A stretch of 63,666 nucleotides of DNA, filler included, from Licmophora abbreviata (taxonomy: Eukaryota): NCBI GenBank assembly GCA_900291995.1. It is 22 parts of 22 records of this genome, joined end to end, with 100 filler letters (N's around TTAATTAATTAA, not from the genome) between each part and the next. Parts side by side here need not be neighbours in the genome. Positions count along the whole stretch, not along the records: positions 50,403 to 54,183 come from OLMU01005033.1; positions 54,284 to 56,750 come from OLMU01005034.1; positions 56,851 to 58,513 come from OLMU01005035.1; positions 58,614 to 60,225 come from OLMU01005037.1; positions 60,326 to 62,396 come from OLMU01005039.1; 17 more parts are not named here. One strand, 5' to 3'. Below, in pieces: positions 50,996 through 61,562 of the stretch (position 1 is its first letter; every line of letters starts with the position of its first letter). The position numbers were made by a program, and so were the translations under genes. A model generated the notes under the pieces. It did no database searches. It was not told where the DNA came from and was given only the letters and a program-made list of their open reading frames with translations.

Positions 50996-51751
50996 ATGAA
51001 GATTAGGCAATTTCTTGCAGCCGGACTTGTTTCATTGGGGTTGGCAGCACCAGCATCCGCAGTGACGACACCGACGGCAGTCGACCTGGAACTGCAATTG
51101 CTCGTTGATGTTTCCGGCAGCGTAGACAGCAGCGAATTTGAGCTGCAACGAGACGGATACGTGGCGGCTTTCAAAGATTCGTCGATCATTAACGCAATTA
51201 CCAGTGGAACGATCGGATCGATTGCTGCGCAGTTTGTTTATTGGTCTGGAAGCACAGAACAAGTTGTAAGCGTTGCGTGGACGCACATTTATGATGCCGC
51301 CACCTCAACTGCTTTTGCCGATGCCATTGCGGCGGTTGCTCGTCCATTTAGTGGCTTTACCAATATCGAAGATGCGATTTTGTTCGCCAATCCGAAGTTC
51401 GATAACAACGGTTTTGATGGCACGCGGCTCGTCATGGATATTTCCGGCGATGGAACCAGCAACACCTCGCAAACCGAGGCTGCGCGTGATGCTGCGGAAT
51501 CGCTTGGCATCACGATCAACGGACTTCCGATTGGCGGGAGTAGTGGCGTAGAAGATTTTTACAAAAACAGCGTTATCACGTCTGATGGCTTTTCGATCGC
51601 GGCAAGCAGCTTCGCAGACTTCGAATCTGCTGTGAAAACGAAGCTGAGGACTGAGATTTCCGGCCAGATCCCGCTGCCGGCCGGTGGCTGGCTCTTGCTG
51701 ACCGGGCTGGGCGGGCTGGCGGCGCTGCGTCGCAAGCGCCGGGCTGCCTGA
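50996..51751 (+). CDS. DUF1194 (vWA-like) domain protein with VPLPA-CTERM sorting signal
   Basis: DLEL.LLVDVSGSVD MIDAS motif, DISGDG, TINGL; tail IPLPAGGWLLLTGLGGLAALRRKRR. Confidence 0.88.
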   Translation: MKIRQFLAAGLVSLGLAAPASAVTTPTAVDLELQLLVDVSGSVDSSEFELQRDGYVAAFKDSSIINAITSGTIGSIAAQFVYWSGSTEQVVSVAWTHIYDAATSTAFADAIAAVARPFSGFTNIEDAILFANPKFDNNGFDGTRLVMDISGDGTSNTSQTEAARDAAESLGITINGLPIGGSSGVEDFYKNSVITSDGFSIAASSFADFESAVKTKLRTEISGQIPLPAGGWLLLTGLGGLAALRRKRRAA

Positions 51752-51778
51752 AGGCACTGCACGACCTGAAAACCATCC

Positions 51779-51813
51779 AAGGGCCCGCCGCTTCGTCGCG
51801 CGGGCCCTTCTTT
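51779..51813 (+). terminator. Rho-independent terminator
   Basis: AAGGGCCCGC...GCGGGCCCTT followed by CTTT. Confidence 0.65.
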
Positions 51814-51886
51814 CATCTCGCATGGGGTTTCCCCCGGACGCGGGCAAGGCTATATCCCGCCTGACCCGACCACACGGAGAGCCCAG

Positions 51887-52831
51887 ATGCCCGAGACGCG
51901 CCACACCAAATGCCTCATCATAGGGTCCGGCCCCGCCGGCTATACGGCGGGCGTCTATGCCAGCCGCGCCATGCTGGAGCCGATCCTCGTGCAGGGGATC
52001 GAGCCGGGCGGGCAGCTGACCACCACCACCGAAGTCGAGAACTGGCCCGGCGACACCGAAGTGCAGGGCCCCGACCTGATGGTGCGGATGCAGGACCATG
52101 CGAAGGCGATGGGCTGCGAGATCATCGGCGACATCATCACCGAGCTCGATGTCGAGGCACGCCCCTTCGTGGCCAAAGGCGACAGCGGCGCGACCTATAC
52201 GGCGGATTCGGTGATCCTGGCGACGGGCGCGCGGGCCAAATGGCTGGGCCTGCCCTCGGAAGAGGCCTACAAGGGCTTCGGCGTCTCGGCCTGCGCCACC
52301 TGCGACGGGTTCTTCTATCGCGGCGAAGAGATCGTGGTGGTCGGCGGCGGCAATACCGCCGTGGAAGAGGCTCTGTTCCTGACCAATTTCGCGTCGAAAG
52401 TGACGCTCATCCACCGCCGCGATACGCTGCGCGCCGAACAAATCCTGCAGAACCGTTTGTTCAAGCACCCCAAGATCGAGACGCTTTGGTTCCACGAATT
52501 GCAGGAGGTGCTGGGCGAGGACATGCCCAAGGGCGTCACCGGCATTCGGGTCAAGAACACCCAGACCGGCGAGACAAGCGACATCGCCTGCAAGGGCGTG
52601 TTCATCGCCATCGGCCACGCGCCCGCAAACGAGCTGGTCAAGGGCAAGCTCGATATGCATCATGGCGATTACGTCAAGGTGGAGCCCGGCAGCACCCGCA
52701 CCTCGATCCCCGGCATCTTCGCCGCCGGCGACCTGACCGACCATGTCTATCGTCAGGCGGTGACCAGCGCCGGGATGGGCTGCATGGCGGCGCTTGATGC
52801 CGAGAAATTCATCGCCGAACTCGAAGGCTGA
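51887..52831 (+). CDS. trxB: Thioredoxin reductase
   Basis: [37 protein letters not shown]. Confidence 0.97.
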   Translation: MPETRHTKCLIIGSGPAGYTAGVYASRAMLEPILVQGIEPGGQLTTTTEVENWPGDTEVQGPDLMVRMQDHAKAMGCEIIGDIITELDVEARPFVAKGDSGATYTADSVILATGARAKWLGLPSEEAYKGFGVSACATCDGFFYRGEEIVVVGGGNTAVEEALFLTNFASKVTLIHRRDTLRAEQILQNRLFKHPKIETLWFHELQEVLGEDMPKGVTGIRVKNTQTGETSDIACKGVFIAIGHAPANELVKGKLDMHHGDYVKVEPGSTRTSIPGIFAAGDLTDHVYRQAVTSAGMGCMAALDAEKFIAELEG

Positions 52832-52844
52832 GGCCGCGACATAT

Positions 52845-52971
52845 GGGGGCCAGCCCCCAACGTTGAAAATCCAGGGATTTTCAACGCCTCCCCCGGGATA
52901 TTTCCGGCCAGAAGAAACGCGCGCGCGGCACGTCTTTCATCGTTCCCCAAATACTCCCGCCGGAGGCATCC
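52845..52971 (+). repeat. Composite palindromic intergenic repeat, copy 3
   Basis: Same architecture as 10952-11064; internal perfect hairpin CGTTGAAAATCC-AG-GGATTTTCAACG. Confidence 0.85.
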
Positions 52972-53071
52972 CCGGCCTGCCCGATGCATTGCCGCGAGGA
53001 TCGGCGGACAAGAAAGAACCGGCGCGGGCGGGGCCTGCGCCGGTCTGGTGTCATGGGGGGCGAGCCGGGGC

Positions 53072-54130
53072 TCAATTGGGGATCACTTCGCCCGTCGGAT
53101 GGGGGGTCGTCGCCGTTTCGGCGGGCAGGATCGGGTAGATCACCTCGGGCATCTTGCCGGTGAGCGAGCCGAGGAAGGCCACGATATCGTCGACCTCGGG
53201 TTCGGTCAGTTCGGCGCCCAATTGCGAGGTGCCCATGATCGCCACCGCGACGCGCAGGTCCCACACCTTGCCGGAATGGAAATAGGGCGCGGTCTGGTCG
53301 ATATTGCGCAGGGGCGAGGCGCGGAACACATAGGAATCATCCGCCGTCTTGGTGACTTCGAACCGTCCCTTGTCATCGGGCGGCAGCACGTCGGCGCCGG
53401 GCTTTTCGATCAGGCCGAAGGGGAAATAGCCCGTGCCGCCCAAGTTGACGCCGTTGTGGCAGGCCGAGCAGCCCTTTTCCATGAAGAGATCAAGCCCCGC
53501 TTTCTGCTGATCGGTGAGCGCGTTGTCGTCGCCATTGAGGAAGGCATCGAACGGCGCGGGCGTGATCAGGGTGGCCTCAAACGCCTCGATCGCCTTGGCG
53601 AAATTGTCGAAGGTCACGGGATCGTCCTGACCGGGGAAGGACGCGCGGAACCATTCCTGATATTGCGGCATGGAATTCAACGTGGCGAGCACGTTGTCGG
53701 GGGTGTTGGCCATTTCGACGCCTGCCTGCACCGGGCCCTTGGCCTGTTCGGCAAGATCGGCGGCGCGGCCATCCCAGAACTGCGCTTCGTTGAAGACAGC
53801 GTTCAGCACTGTGGGCGAGTTGCGCGGCCCCTGCTGCCAGCCATGGCCGATCGAGGTGGGCATGTTGTCATCGCCGCCGGTCGCCAGGTTATGGCAGGAA
53901 TTGCAAGAGAACACCCCCGAGGCCGACATCCGGGGATCGAAGAACAGCGCCTTGCCGAGATCGACCTTTTCATCGGTGATGATGTTGTCGTTCAGCGCCG
54001 GGACGGTCGAGGGCAGGGCCGCGAACATGTCGAGCGCGCGGTCGCGCAGATCAGAGGCGTGGACGCCGCTTGCAACGGCGATGGCGAGGGCGGACACGGT
54101 TCCCAGCGTGAGGGGGCGGTGTGAGGGCAT
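53072..54130 (-). CDS. Di-heme cytochrome c peroxidase
   Basis: Two CxxCH motifs (CNSCH, CSACH), LFFDPR.S, QFWDGRA, TAPYFH.G. Confidence 0.93.
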   Translation of the reverse strand: MPSHRPLTLGTVSALAIAVASGVHASDLRDRALDMFAALPSTVPALNDNIITDEKVDLGKALFFDPRMSASGVFSCNSCHNLATGGDDNMPTSIGHGWQQGPRNSPTVLNAVFNEAQFWDGRAADLAEQAKGPVQAGVEMANTPDNVLATLNSMPQYQEWFRASFPGQDDPVTFDNFAKAIEAFEATLITPAPFDAFLNGDDNALTDQQKAGLDLFMEKGCSACHNGVNLGGTGYFPFGLIEKPGADVLPPDDKGRFEVTKTADDSYVFRASPLRNIDQTAPYFHSGKVWDLRVAVAIMGTSQLGAELTEPEVDDIVAFLGSLTGKMPEVIYPILPAETATTPHPTGEVIPN

Positions 54131-54163
54131 TGAGGTCTCCAGGCAGTTGATATCGGTCGCGCG

Positions 54164-54180
54164 TCTGGAAGTATTCTAAT
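54164..54180. promoter_or_regulatory. Irr/ICE-like iron-control element upstream of the peroxidase
   Basis: TCTGGAA-GTA-TTCTAAT compared with consensus TTTAGAA-N3-TTCTAAA. Confidence 0.5.
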
Positions 54181-54303
54181 TCGNNNNNNNNNNNNNNNNN
54201 NNNNNNNNNNNNNNNNNNNNNNNNNNNTTAATTAATTAANNNNNNNNNNNNNNNNNNNNNNNNNNNNNNNNNNNNNNNNNNNNTCGAAGATGTGAACCCC
54301 GAT

Positions 54304-54317
54304 TTGATCTGCGTCAG
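54304..54317. promoter_or_regulatory. FNR-like box
   Basis: TTGAT-CTGC-GTCAG (2 mismatches to TTGAT-N4-ATCAA); across a gap from the peroxidase. Confidence 0.35.
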
Positions 54318-54519
54318 ATGAGCGCCGCGTTTCGCCGCCCGGGCCTGCGACAAAATATCCTTCCGCCTCGGGGCGGGATGGTGGCATTGCTGCCTCGTTT
54401 CACGAAAAGGTCCAACTCAGCCTTGAATCCGGCCACAATGCGGGGCTAAGCCGCATGTCAGACAAGCGGTGCCCGGGCCGGGCGCCGCACCTTCATGCAA
54501 CAGCCATTCGAGAGTTCCG

Positions 54520-56232
54520 ATGTACCAGCAAAATCTGGCCCCTATCCCCGAGTTGTTCGTTTCTTACGAGTCCGCCCAGAAGCTGAAGATCGAAGCCGGC
54601 GATCTGACAAGCTGGGATCTGACTCCGCGTCAGATCTGCGATCTGGAGCTGCTCATGAATGGCGGGTTCAACCCGTTGAAGGGCTTTCTGAGCGAAGCCG
54701 ATTACGACAGCGTCGTCGAGACCATGCGGCTGGCGGATGGCACGCTCTGGCCGATGCCGATCACGCTTGATGTCTCGGAAAGCTTTGCCGAGGCGCTGGA
54801 GCTTGGGCAGGATATCGCGCTGCGCGATCAGGAGGGTGTGATCCTTGGCACGATGACGGTCACCGACCGCTGGACGCCCGACAAGGCGCGGGAGGCCGAG
54901 AAGGTATTCGGCGCGGACGATGCGGCGCATCCGGCGGTAAACTACCTGCACAACACGGCCGGCAAGGTCTATCTGGGCGGGCCGGTCACCGGCATCCAGC
55001 AACCGGTGCATTACGATTTCCGGGGGCGCCGCGACACGCCCAACGAATTGCGCGCGCTCTTTCGCAAGCTGGGCTGGCGCAAGGTCGTGGCCTTCCAGAC
55101 CCGCAACCCGCTGCACCGCGCGCATCAGGAGCTGACGTTCCGCGCCGCGCGCGAAGCGCAGGCCAACCTGCTGATCCATCCGGTCGTGGGCATGACCAAG
55201 CCGGGCGATGTGGATCATTTCACCCGGGTGCGCTGCTATGAGGCGGTGCTGGACAAATACCCCAACGCCACCACCACGATGAGCCTGCTCAATCTGGCGA
55301 TGCGCATGGCCGGCCCGCGCGAGGCGGTGTGGCACGGGCTGATCCGGCGCAACCATGGTTGCACGCATTTCATCGTCGGGCGCGACCATGCCGGCCCCGG
55401 CAAGAACAGCGCCGGGGAGGATTTCTATGGCCCCTATGACGCGCAGGATCTGTTCCGCGAGCATGAGGCCGAGATCGGCATCGAAATGGTCGACTTCAAG
55501 CACATGGTCTATGTGCAGGAGCGCGCCCAATACGAGGCGATCGACGAGATCGAGGATCGCGACAACGTCACCATCCTGAACATCTCGGGCACCGAGTTGC
55601 GCCGGCGTCTGCAGGAGGGGCTTGAGATCCCGGACTGGTTCTCGTTTCCCGAGGTGGTGGCCGAGTTGCGCCGCACCCGACCGCCCCGCAGCCAGCAGGG
55701 ATTCACCGTGTTCTTCACGGGCTTTTCCGGCTCGGGCAAGTCGACCATTGCGAACGCGCTCATGGTCAAGCTGATGGAGATGGGCGGGCGCCCGGTGACG
55801 CTTCTGGATGGCGATATCGTGCGCAAGAACCTGTCGTCGGAGCTGGGCTTTTCCAAGGAGCACCGCGATCTGAACATCCGGCGCATCGGCTATGTCGCCT
55901 CGGAGATCACCAAGAATGGCGGGATCGCCATTTGCGCGCCGATCGCGCCCTATGCCACGACGCGGCGGGCCGTGCGCGAGGAGATCGAGCAATATGGCGC
56001 CTTTGTCGAGGTGCATGTCGCCACCAGCCTCGAGGAATGCGAACGCCGCGACCGCAAGGGGCTCTACCGGCTGGCGCGCGAAGGCAAGATCAAAGAATTC
56101 ACCGGCATTTCGGACCCTTATGACGTGCCGGAAGATCCCGAATTGCGGGTCGAGACCGAGAATGTCGAGGTCGACAATTGCGCGCACCAGGTGCTTCTGA
56201 AGCTGGAGCAGATGGGGCTGATCGCGGGCTGA
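54520..56232 (+). CDS. sat: Bifunctional sulfate adenylyltransferase/adenylylsulfate kinase
   Basis: AFQTRNPLHRAH, HFIVGRDHAG, GFSGSGKST, FTGISDPY. Confidence 0.95.
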   Translation: MYQQNLAPIPELFVSYESAQKLKIEAGDLTSWDLTPRQICDLELLMNGGFNPLKGFLSEADYDSVVETMRLADGTLWPMPITLDVSESFAEALELGQDIALRDQEGVILGTMTVTDRWTPDKAREAEKVFGADDAAHPAVNYLHNTAGKVYLGGPVTGIQQPVHYDFRGRRDTPNELRALFRKLGWRKVVAFQTRNPLHRAHQELTFRAAREAQANLLIHPVVGMTKPGDVDHFTRVRCYEAVLDKYPNATTTMSLLNLAMRMAGPREAVWHGLIRRNHGCTHFIVGRDHAGPGKNSAGEDFYGPYDAQDLFREHEAEIGIEMVDFKHMVYVQERAQYEAIDEIEDRDNVTILNISGTELRRRLQEGLEIPDWFSFPEVVAELRRTRPPRSQQGFTVFFTGFSGSGKSTIANALMVKLMEMGGRPVTLLDGDIVRKNLSSELGFSKEHRDLNIRRIGYVASEITKNGGIAICAPIAPYATTRRAVREEIEQYGAFVEVHVATSLEECERRDRKGLYRLAREGKIKEFTGISDPYDVPEDPELRVETENVEVDNCAHQVLLKLEQMGLIAG

Positions 56233-56266
56233 GGCCGGATTGGCGCTTGTGCAGGTATTTCACGCG

Positions 56267-56295
56267 AAGGGCCGCCCGGAATGGGGCGGCCCTTT
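56267..56295. terminator. Hairpin between convergent genes
   Basis: AAGGGCCGCCC-GGAATG-GGGCGGCCCTT. Confidence 0.55.
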
Positions 56296-56348
56296 GGCTT
56301 GAAAGCGGCGCGCCGTTCGGCGCGCAAGGCGCAAACGGCGCCCGCGCT

Positions 56349-56576
56349 TTAGTGGACGGTGACCGGAGTCATGTTGTTCTGACGTGCCAGCACGAAGGCC
56401 AGACGGCGGTCGCGCACCAACGCCAGACGCTCCCCTTCGGCGGAATGGAGCGCGTAGAGCGTCGTGCTGCCCATCGCCTGCTCACGCATGTCTTCGGGCA
56501 GGTCGGCCACGCTCACGGGCCGGACATAGACGATGGGACGGCCCTCGTCGGCACCGAAATCATATCTTGTCTGCAT
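56349..56576 (-). CDS. DUF1150 family protein
   Basis: IVYVRPV, LYA.H..EG..LALV.DR..AF..ARQ..M.PV.VH; downstream of hsp20. Confidence 0.85.
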   Translation of the reverse strand: MQTRYDFGADEGRPIVYVRPVSVADLPEDMREQAMGSTTLYALHSAEGERLALVRDRRLAFVLARQNNMTPVTVH

Positions 56577-56582
56577 CTTGCA

Positions 56583-57082
56583 TTACCCCTTGTTGATCCG
56601 GATTCTCTGCACCACGGGTTCCGGCTCGGCGCGGGTCAGGTCCACATGCAGCAGACCGTTTTCCATGATCGCCTCGCCCACCTCGACACCGTCGGCCAGC
56701 ACGAAGGAGCGCTGGAACTGGCGGGCCGCGATGCCACGATGCAGATAGATNNNNNNNNNNNNNNNNNNNNNNNNNNNNNNNNNNNNNNNNNNNNTTAATT
56801 AATTAANNNNNNNNNNNNNNNNNNNNNNNNNNNNNNNNNNNNNNNNNNNNCGTCGCCCTGCCGGCCACGGATCACCAGTTGGCGATCCTCGACCGTGATC
56901 GACAGATCATCCTCGGAGAACCCGGCCACGGCCAGCGTGATCCGGTACGACGTCTGCGACGTCTGTTCGATATTGAACGGAGGATAGCCTTCATTGCCGG
57001 ATTTCGCACTGCGTTCCAGCATACGCTCAAGCTGCTCGAACCCCAGCATGTAGGGGTGCGACCCCAGCGTCAGTTTCGTCAT
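56583..57082 (-). CDS. ibpA: Small heat-shock protein Hsp20 (spans gap)
   Basis: LGFE, YPPFNIE, YRITLAVAGF; after the gap HRGIAARQFQRSF, ENGLLH.DL. Confidence 0.9.
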
Positions 57083-57146
57083 CGACACGTCCTTCATCAA
57101 AGCGACAGTCCCTGCCGGACCCCGTTCTGGCGACCCAACGCCATGA

Positions 57147-57175
57147 ATATGGGCATCGAAAAGGACGGGTGCAAG
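57147..57175 (-). promoter_or_regulatory. RpoH-type promoter of hsp20
   Basis: Minus strand CTTG-N18-CCCATAT. Confidence 0.65.
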
Positions 57176-57239
57176 GGCTTTGCCTGCGGGGGCAAAAGCG
57201 GTATCTTCAAGGGCCCGGAGTTTGAAAGGAATCACGCAG

Positions 57240-57464
57240 ATGAACGCCTTCAGCGATCTGTCCATGAAGTCGGACGAGGTGCTGCGCGTCGAGCTGGAGG
57301 AATTCCGCCGCCAGCATCGCGATCTCGACGAGGCGATCAGCGCTCTGCAGGCCATGGGCTCGGGTGATCCGCTGACGATCAAGCGGCTGAAGAAGCAGAA
57401 ACTGCAACTCAAGGACCGGATCGCCTATATCGAGGACCGGCTCTATCCCGACATCATCGCGTGA
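57240..57464 (+). CDS. YdcH/DUF465 family protein
   Basis: HRDLDEAI, RLKKQKL.LKD.I, PDIIA. Confidence 0.88.
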   Translation: MNAFSDLSMKSDEVLRVELEEFRRQHRDLDEAISALQAMGSGDPLTIKRLKKQKLQLKDRIAYIEDRLYPDIIA

Positions 57465-57603
57465 CCGTGCAGGCGTGCGGAGCCTGCGTGACAGGGCCCG
57501 GTTGACAGGGTCCCGGGCATGGCGGTGCCTGCCGTCGTCTGTCTGATTGCACCTGCCCGCGCGATGGGTATAGTGCGCGCGCAGACGGCAGGAGGCCAGT
57601 GAC

Positions 57604-58092
57604 ATGGGCAAGGTCAAAGTGGGCATCATCATGGGCAGCCAGTCGGACTGGCCGACCATGCGCGCGGCCGCGGACATTCTGGACGAGCTCGAGGTGCCTT
57701 ACGAGGCGAAGATCGTCTCGGCGCATCGCACCCCGGACCGGTTGTGGGACTACGGCCGCACCGCTGCAGACCGTGGCCTTCAGGTGATTATTGCAGGCGC
57801 GGGCGGTGCCGCGCATCTGCCCGGCATGATGGCGTCGAAAACGCGGGTGCCGGTGATCGGCGTGCCGGTGCAGACCAAGGCGCTGTCCGGTGTCGACAGT
57901 CTTTATTCCATCGTGCAGATGCCGCGCGGCTTTCCGGTGGCCACGATGGCGATCGGTGCGGCGGGTGCGGCCAATGCCGGGCTGATGGCGGCGGCGATCC
58001 TTGCCAATGGCGATCCGTCGCTGGCGCAGCGCCTCGATGCGTGGCGTGCCGCGCTGTCGGCCTCTATTCCGGACGAGCCTCAAGATGACTGA
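57604..58092 (+). CDS. purE: N5-CAIR mutase
   Basis: [38 protein letters not shown]. Confidence 0.97.
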   Translation: MGKVKVGIIMGSQSDWPTMRAAADILDELEVPYEAKIVSAHRTPDRLWDYGRTAADRGLQVIIAGAGGAAHLPGMMASKTRVPVIGVPVQTKALSGVDSLYSIVQMPRGFPVATMAIGAAGAANAGLMAAAILANGDPSLAQRLDAWRAALSASIPDEPQDD

Positions 58093-58513
58093 TCCCCTGA
58101 CGACCGGCGCCACCATCGGTATCCTTGGCGGCGGCCAGCTGGGCCGCATGCTGGCGGTGGCCGCCTCGCGCCTCGGCTTCAAGACCTGTGTGTTCGAGCC
58201 GGGCGGCGATTGCCCGGCGAGCCATGTGGCGAACTACCATTTTCAGGCCGAATACGAGGACGAGGACGCGCTGCGCCGCTTTGCCGCCGCGGTCGATGTG
58301 GTGACCTATGAATTCGAGAATATCCCCACTTCCGCGCTGGATGTGCTGGACAGCTTCGGCAAACCGGTGCGACCGGGGCGCAACGCGCTGCGGATCAGCC
58401 AGGATCGTCTGACCGAAAAGGCGTTCCTGTCGGAGCTGGGCCTGGCCACGGCGCCCTTCGCGGCGGTGGATGACGAGATCGATCTGGCCGAGGCGATCGC
58501 CGAGATCGGACTG
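58085..58513 (+). CDS. purK: N5-CAIR synthase (3'-truncated)
   Basis: [26 protein letters not shown]. Confidence 0.95.
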
Positions 58514-58613
58514 NNNNNNNNNNNNNNNNNNNNNNNNNNNNNNNNNNNNNNNNNNNNTTAATTAATTAANNNNNNNNNNNNNNNNNNNNNNNNNNNNNNN
58601 NNNNNNNNNNNNN

Positions 58614-59676
58614 CGTCGAGCACCAGGATATCGGCGCGCTGCCCAGGCGTCAGGCTGCCGCGATCATTCAGCCCCAGAATGGCGGCGGGGCCTGCCGAGA
58701 CGAGCCGCCAGGCGTCGGCGAGGGGCAGCAGGCCGGCATCGGAGACGAGGAAGGCGGCACGGCGCAAGGAGGGGTAGTGGTAGTCCGAGGCCAGCGCCGT
58801 GCACAGGCCCATGGCAATGAGGTCCGTTGCGCTGACATTGCCGTTGTGAGAGCCGCCGCGCACCACATTGGGCGCGCCGAGGATCACCGCATCGCCCGCG
58901 GCATGGGCCGCTTCGGCGGCTGCGAGGGTTTCGGGGAACTCGGAAATATGCACGCCACGGGCGCGCCACTCGGCGCGGGTTTCGGGGGTGCGGTCGTCAC
59001 GGCTGCCCATGATCACGCCGGCTGCCGACAGATCGGCGCAGAGCGCATCGAGGGCGGGCGGCAGTTGTGGCATCCGCGCATGCAGGGCGTGCATGTATTC
59101 GAGGTGTTTTTCCGGGTTGCGGCCGATCCGGAGCGCCTGCCCCGTCAGGCGCGGCGGGCGTTTGCCCGTGCCCAGCGCCTCGTGCGGGAGATGGTCGTTG
59201 AACACCACGTAAGGAATGGCATGGGCCGCCACCAGCGCCTGCATTGCGGCGTAATCCTCGAGCATCGGTGTTTCGAAGCGAAGCTGCGCCAGCAGCCGGG
59301 TGACGAGGCGCGGGCGGACCTGATCCAGCGCGGCCAGCACGCGGCGCGCGAAATCGGGGCCACGCATCCCGCCTTCCCAGCTGTAGAACTGCGCCAGAAC
59401 GGCGGTGGTGATGCCGTTGGCGGCGAGCTCGGCCTCGGCGGCGATCAGCCCCTGATCGAGATCCTTCATGGCGCCGCGCCGGGGCGCGAGGTGTTTTTCG
59501 AACGCATCGCCATGGATGTCGACGATCCCCGACAGCACCAGATAGCCCGACAGGTCCACGTCGCGTCCGACGTCACCGGCCACGATCCGGCCCGAGGACA
59601 GCGACAGGGGCGCGTCGCACAGGCCGTCGGGCCTGAGGACTTGCGCGCCCACCAGCCGAAGGTCCGGCAGCATCAT
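58614..59676 (-). CDS. phnM: Alpha-D-ribose 1-methylphosphonate 5-triphosphate diphosphatase-like amidohydrolase (3'-truncated)
   Basis: [41 protein letters not shown]. Confidence 0.85.
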
Positions 59677-60225
59677 TCGCCGGTCCCCCAGATCAGATCA
59701 CCGAGGCTCAGATCGTGGTCGAAGCGGCCGAGGCGCAGGAATTCCAGCGTCTGGGCGATCACGAGGGGGTTGTTCATCATGAAGGTATGGGTCACCGGCA
59801 GCGTGATGTGATCGGCCATGCCCGAGACACGGGTGGAGGCGACCGAGACCTTGCCATCGTCCGGGCCGTCAATCAGGCTGGAGAAATAGGGGTTGAGCGA
59901 GCGGGTTCCGGCGATCACGCCAAGCTCGAAATCCACCGGGGGCAGGGTTTCGGGCAGGCCGTCCGCGCCGGTTTCGAGCTGCATCCCCGCAGGTCCGTTG
60001 AGCCATGCGAAAAGATCGAGCCCGCCCAGTTCGTCCACCAGCTCGGAGCCGTGATTGGGGGGGCCAGCATCACGACCCGGCCCATGCGCGAGGGCCGGTT
60101 GTCACGCAGCCAATGGCGCAGCAGGATGCCGCCCATCGAATGGGTGACGAAATGCACCCGCGCCGCGCCGCAGACCCGGACCGCATAGGGCAGGGTTTCC
60201 TCGGCCAGCGTGGCGATATCGAGCT
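59673..60225 (-). CDS. Alpha/beta hydrolase (lipase-like), 5'-truncated, 1-nt frameshift near 60057-60063
   Basis: [15 protein letters not shown](N)HGSE across the shift, DDGKVSV, HTFMM. Confidence 0.8.
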
Positions 60226-60325
60226 NNNNNNNNNNNNNNNNNNNNNNNNNNNNNNNNNNNNNNNNNNNNTTAATTAATTAANNNNNNNNNNNNNNNNNNN
60301 NNNNNNNNNNNNNNNNNNNNNNNNN

Positions 60326-60874
60326 ACGACATTCTTCGAGCCGCTGGAAGTGATCAAGGACCCCGTCGAGATCAAGACCGTCCCCCTGCAGGAGGCCGAG
60401 GGAATCGTCTGCACCGGGCCGTTCGATCCGACCGCCGACCCGTCCGAGTATCGCGCCGATTTCCTCTATGCCAAGACCAAGGGGATGAAGCTGCTCTGTG
60501 CCAATCCCGATATCGTGGTGGACCGGGGCGAGCGGCGCGAATGGTGCGCCGGCGCGCTGGCGCGGCTGTATACCGAGATGGGGGGCGAGAGCCTTTATTT
60601 CGGCAAGCCGCACCCGCCGATCTATGATCTGGCCCGCAGGCGTCTGGCCGCGATGGGGCGCGATGCCGAAAGCGCCGCGATTCTGGCGATCGGTGACGGC
60701 ATCCAGACCGATATCGCGGGCGCCGTGGGCGAGGATATCGATTCGCTGTTCATCACCGGCGGGCTGGCCGCGAAAGAGACGAAAACCAACCGGCATCCCG
60801 ACGAAAGCGCGCTTGAGGCCTATCTTCAGGACGAGCAGATGCACCCCACCTATGCGATCGGCTTTTTGCGTTAA
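60326..60874 (+). CDS. HAD-superfamily class IIA hydrolase (5'-truncated)
   Basis: CANPD, GKPHPPIY, IGDG..TDI.GA. Confidence 0.88.
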   Translation, partial: TTFFEPLEVIKDPVEIKTVPLQEAEGIVCTGPFDPTADPSEYRADFLYAKTKGMKLLCANPDIVVDRGERREWCAGALARLYTEMGGESLYFGKPHPPIYDLARRRLAAMGRDAESAAILAIGDGIQTDIAGAVGEDIDSLFITGGLAAKETKTNRHPDESALEAYLQDEQMHPTYAIGFLR

Positions 60875-60987
60875 AGCGTTCCTTGAGCAGAAAAGGCTTG
60901 ATTTTCTGCATCTGCAAAGTAATAAAGTTCCAACTTTGAGCGGCTGAGTGTCGCGATTATTACCCACCAGCCGGTCAGGAGGGGCGA

Positions 60988-61431
60988 ATGTTGGACAACA
61001 TGCCACGCGGAACCATCACCATCGAGCAAATCGAGATGGGCATGACCCGCAGCCTGCGCAAAGTCGTCACCGACGAGGATATCGAGATGTTCGCGCAGGT
61101 CTCGACCGACCGCAACCCGGTGCATCTGGACGATGCCTATGCGCAGGACACCATTTTTGAGGGCCGGATCGCTCACGGGATGCTGACCGCCGGGCTGATT
61201 TCGGCGGTGATCGGGGAACAGCTTCCGGGGCACGGCACGGTCTATATGGGCCAGACGCTCAAGTTTCTGGCCCCCGTGCGCCCCGGCGACATGGTGCTGG
61301 CGGAGGTCGAGGTGATCGGCATCGACCATTCCAAGCGCCGCGTGCAACTGGATTGCCGCTGTCTGGTCAACGGCAAGAAGGTGCTGATCGGCGAGGCCAC
61401 GGTGCTGGCGCCATCGGGCAAATTCGACTGA
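60988..61431 (+). CDS. MaoC-family (R)-enoyl-CoA hydratase
   Basis: DRNPVHLD, IAHGML, LPG.G, F.APV..GD. Confidence 0.92.
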   Translation: MLDNMPRGTITIEQIEMGMTRSLRKVVTDEDIEMFAQVSTDRNPVHLDDAYAQDTIFEGRIAHGMLTAGLISAVIGEQLPGHGTVYMGQTLKFLAPVRPGDMVLAEVEVIGIDHSKRRVQLDCRCLVNGKKVLIGEATVLAPSGKFD

Positions 61432-61562
61432 TCCTGCGCGCTATCCCGCCGCAAAACAGGGACGATCCGCCTGCCCCTTGATCGGGCGGGCGCCTCTTGT
61501 GGTACAGTTTTCCCCCATGCGGGCGTGTGCATCGCACCGTCCCGGCCAAAGGAGGAGACATC

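Noticed and set aside
54493..56187. Long antisense ORFs (also 687-1802, 20033-21367, 32981-34357, 40623-41870, 51305-52744)
   Set aside because: Shadow ORFs opposite well-supported genes, as expected in high-GC DNA; no recognisable motifs.
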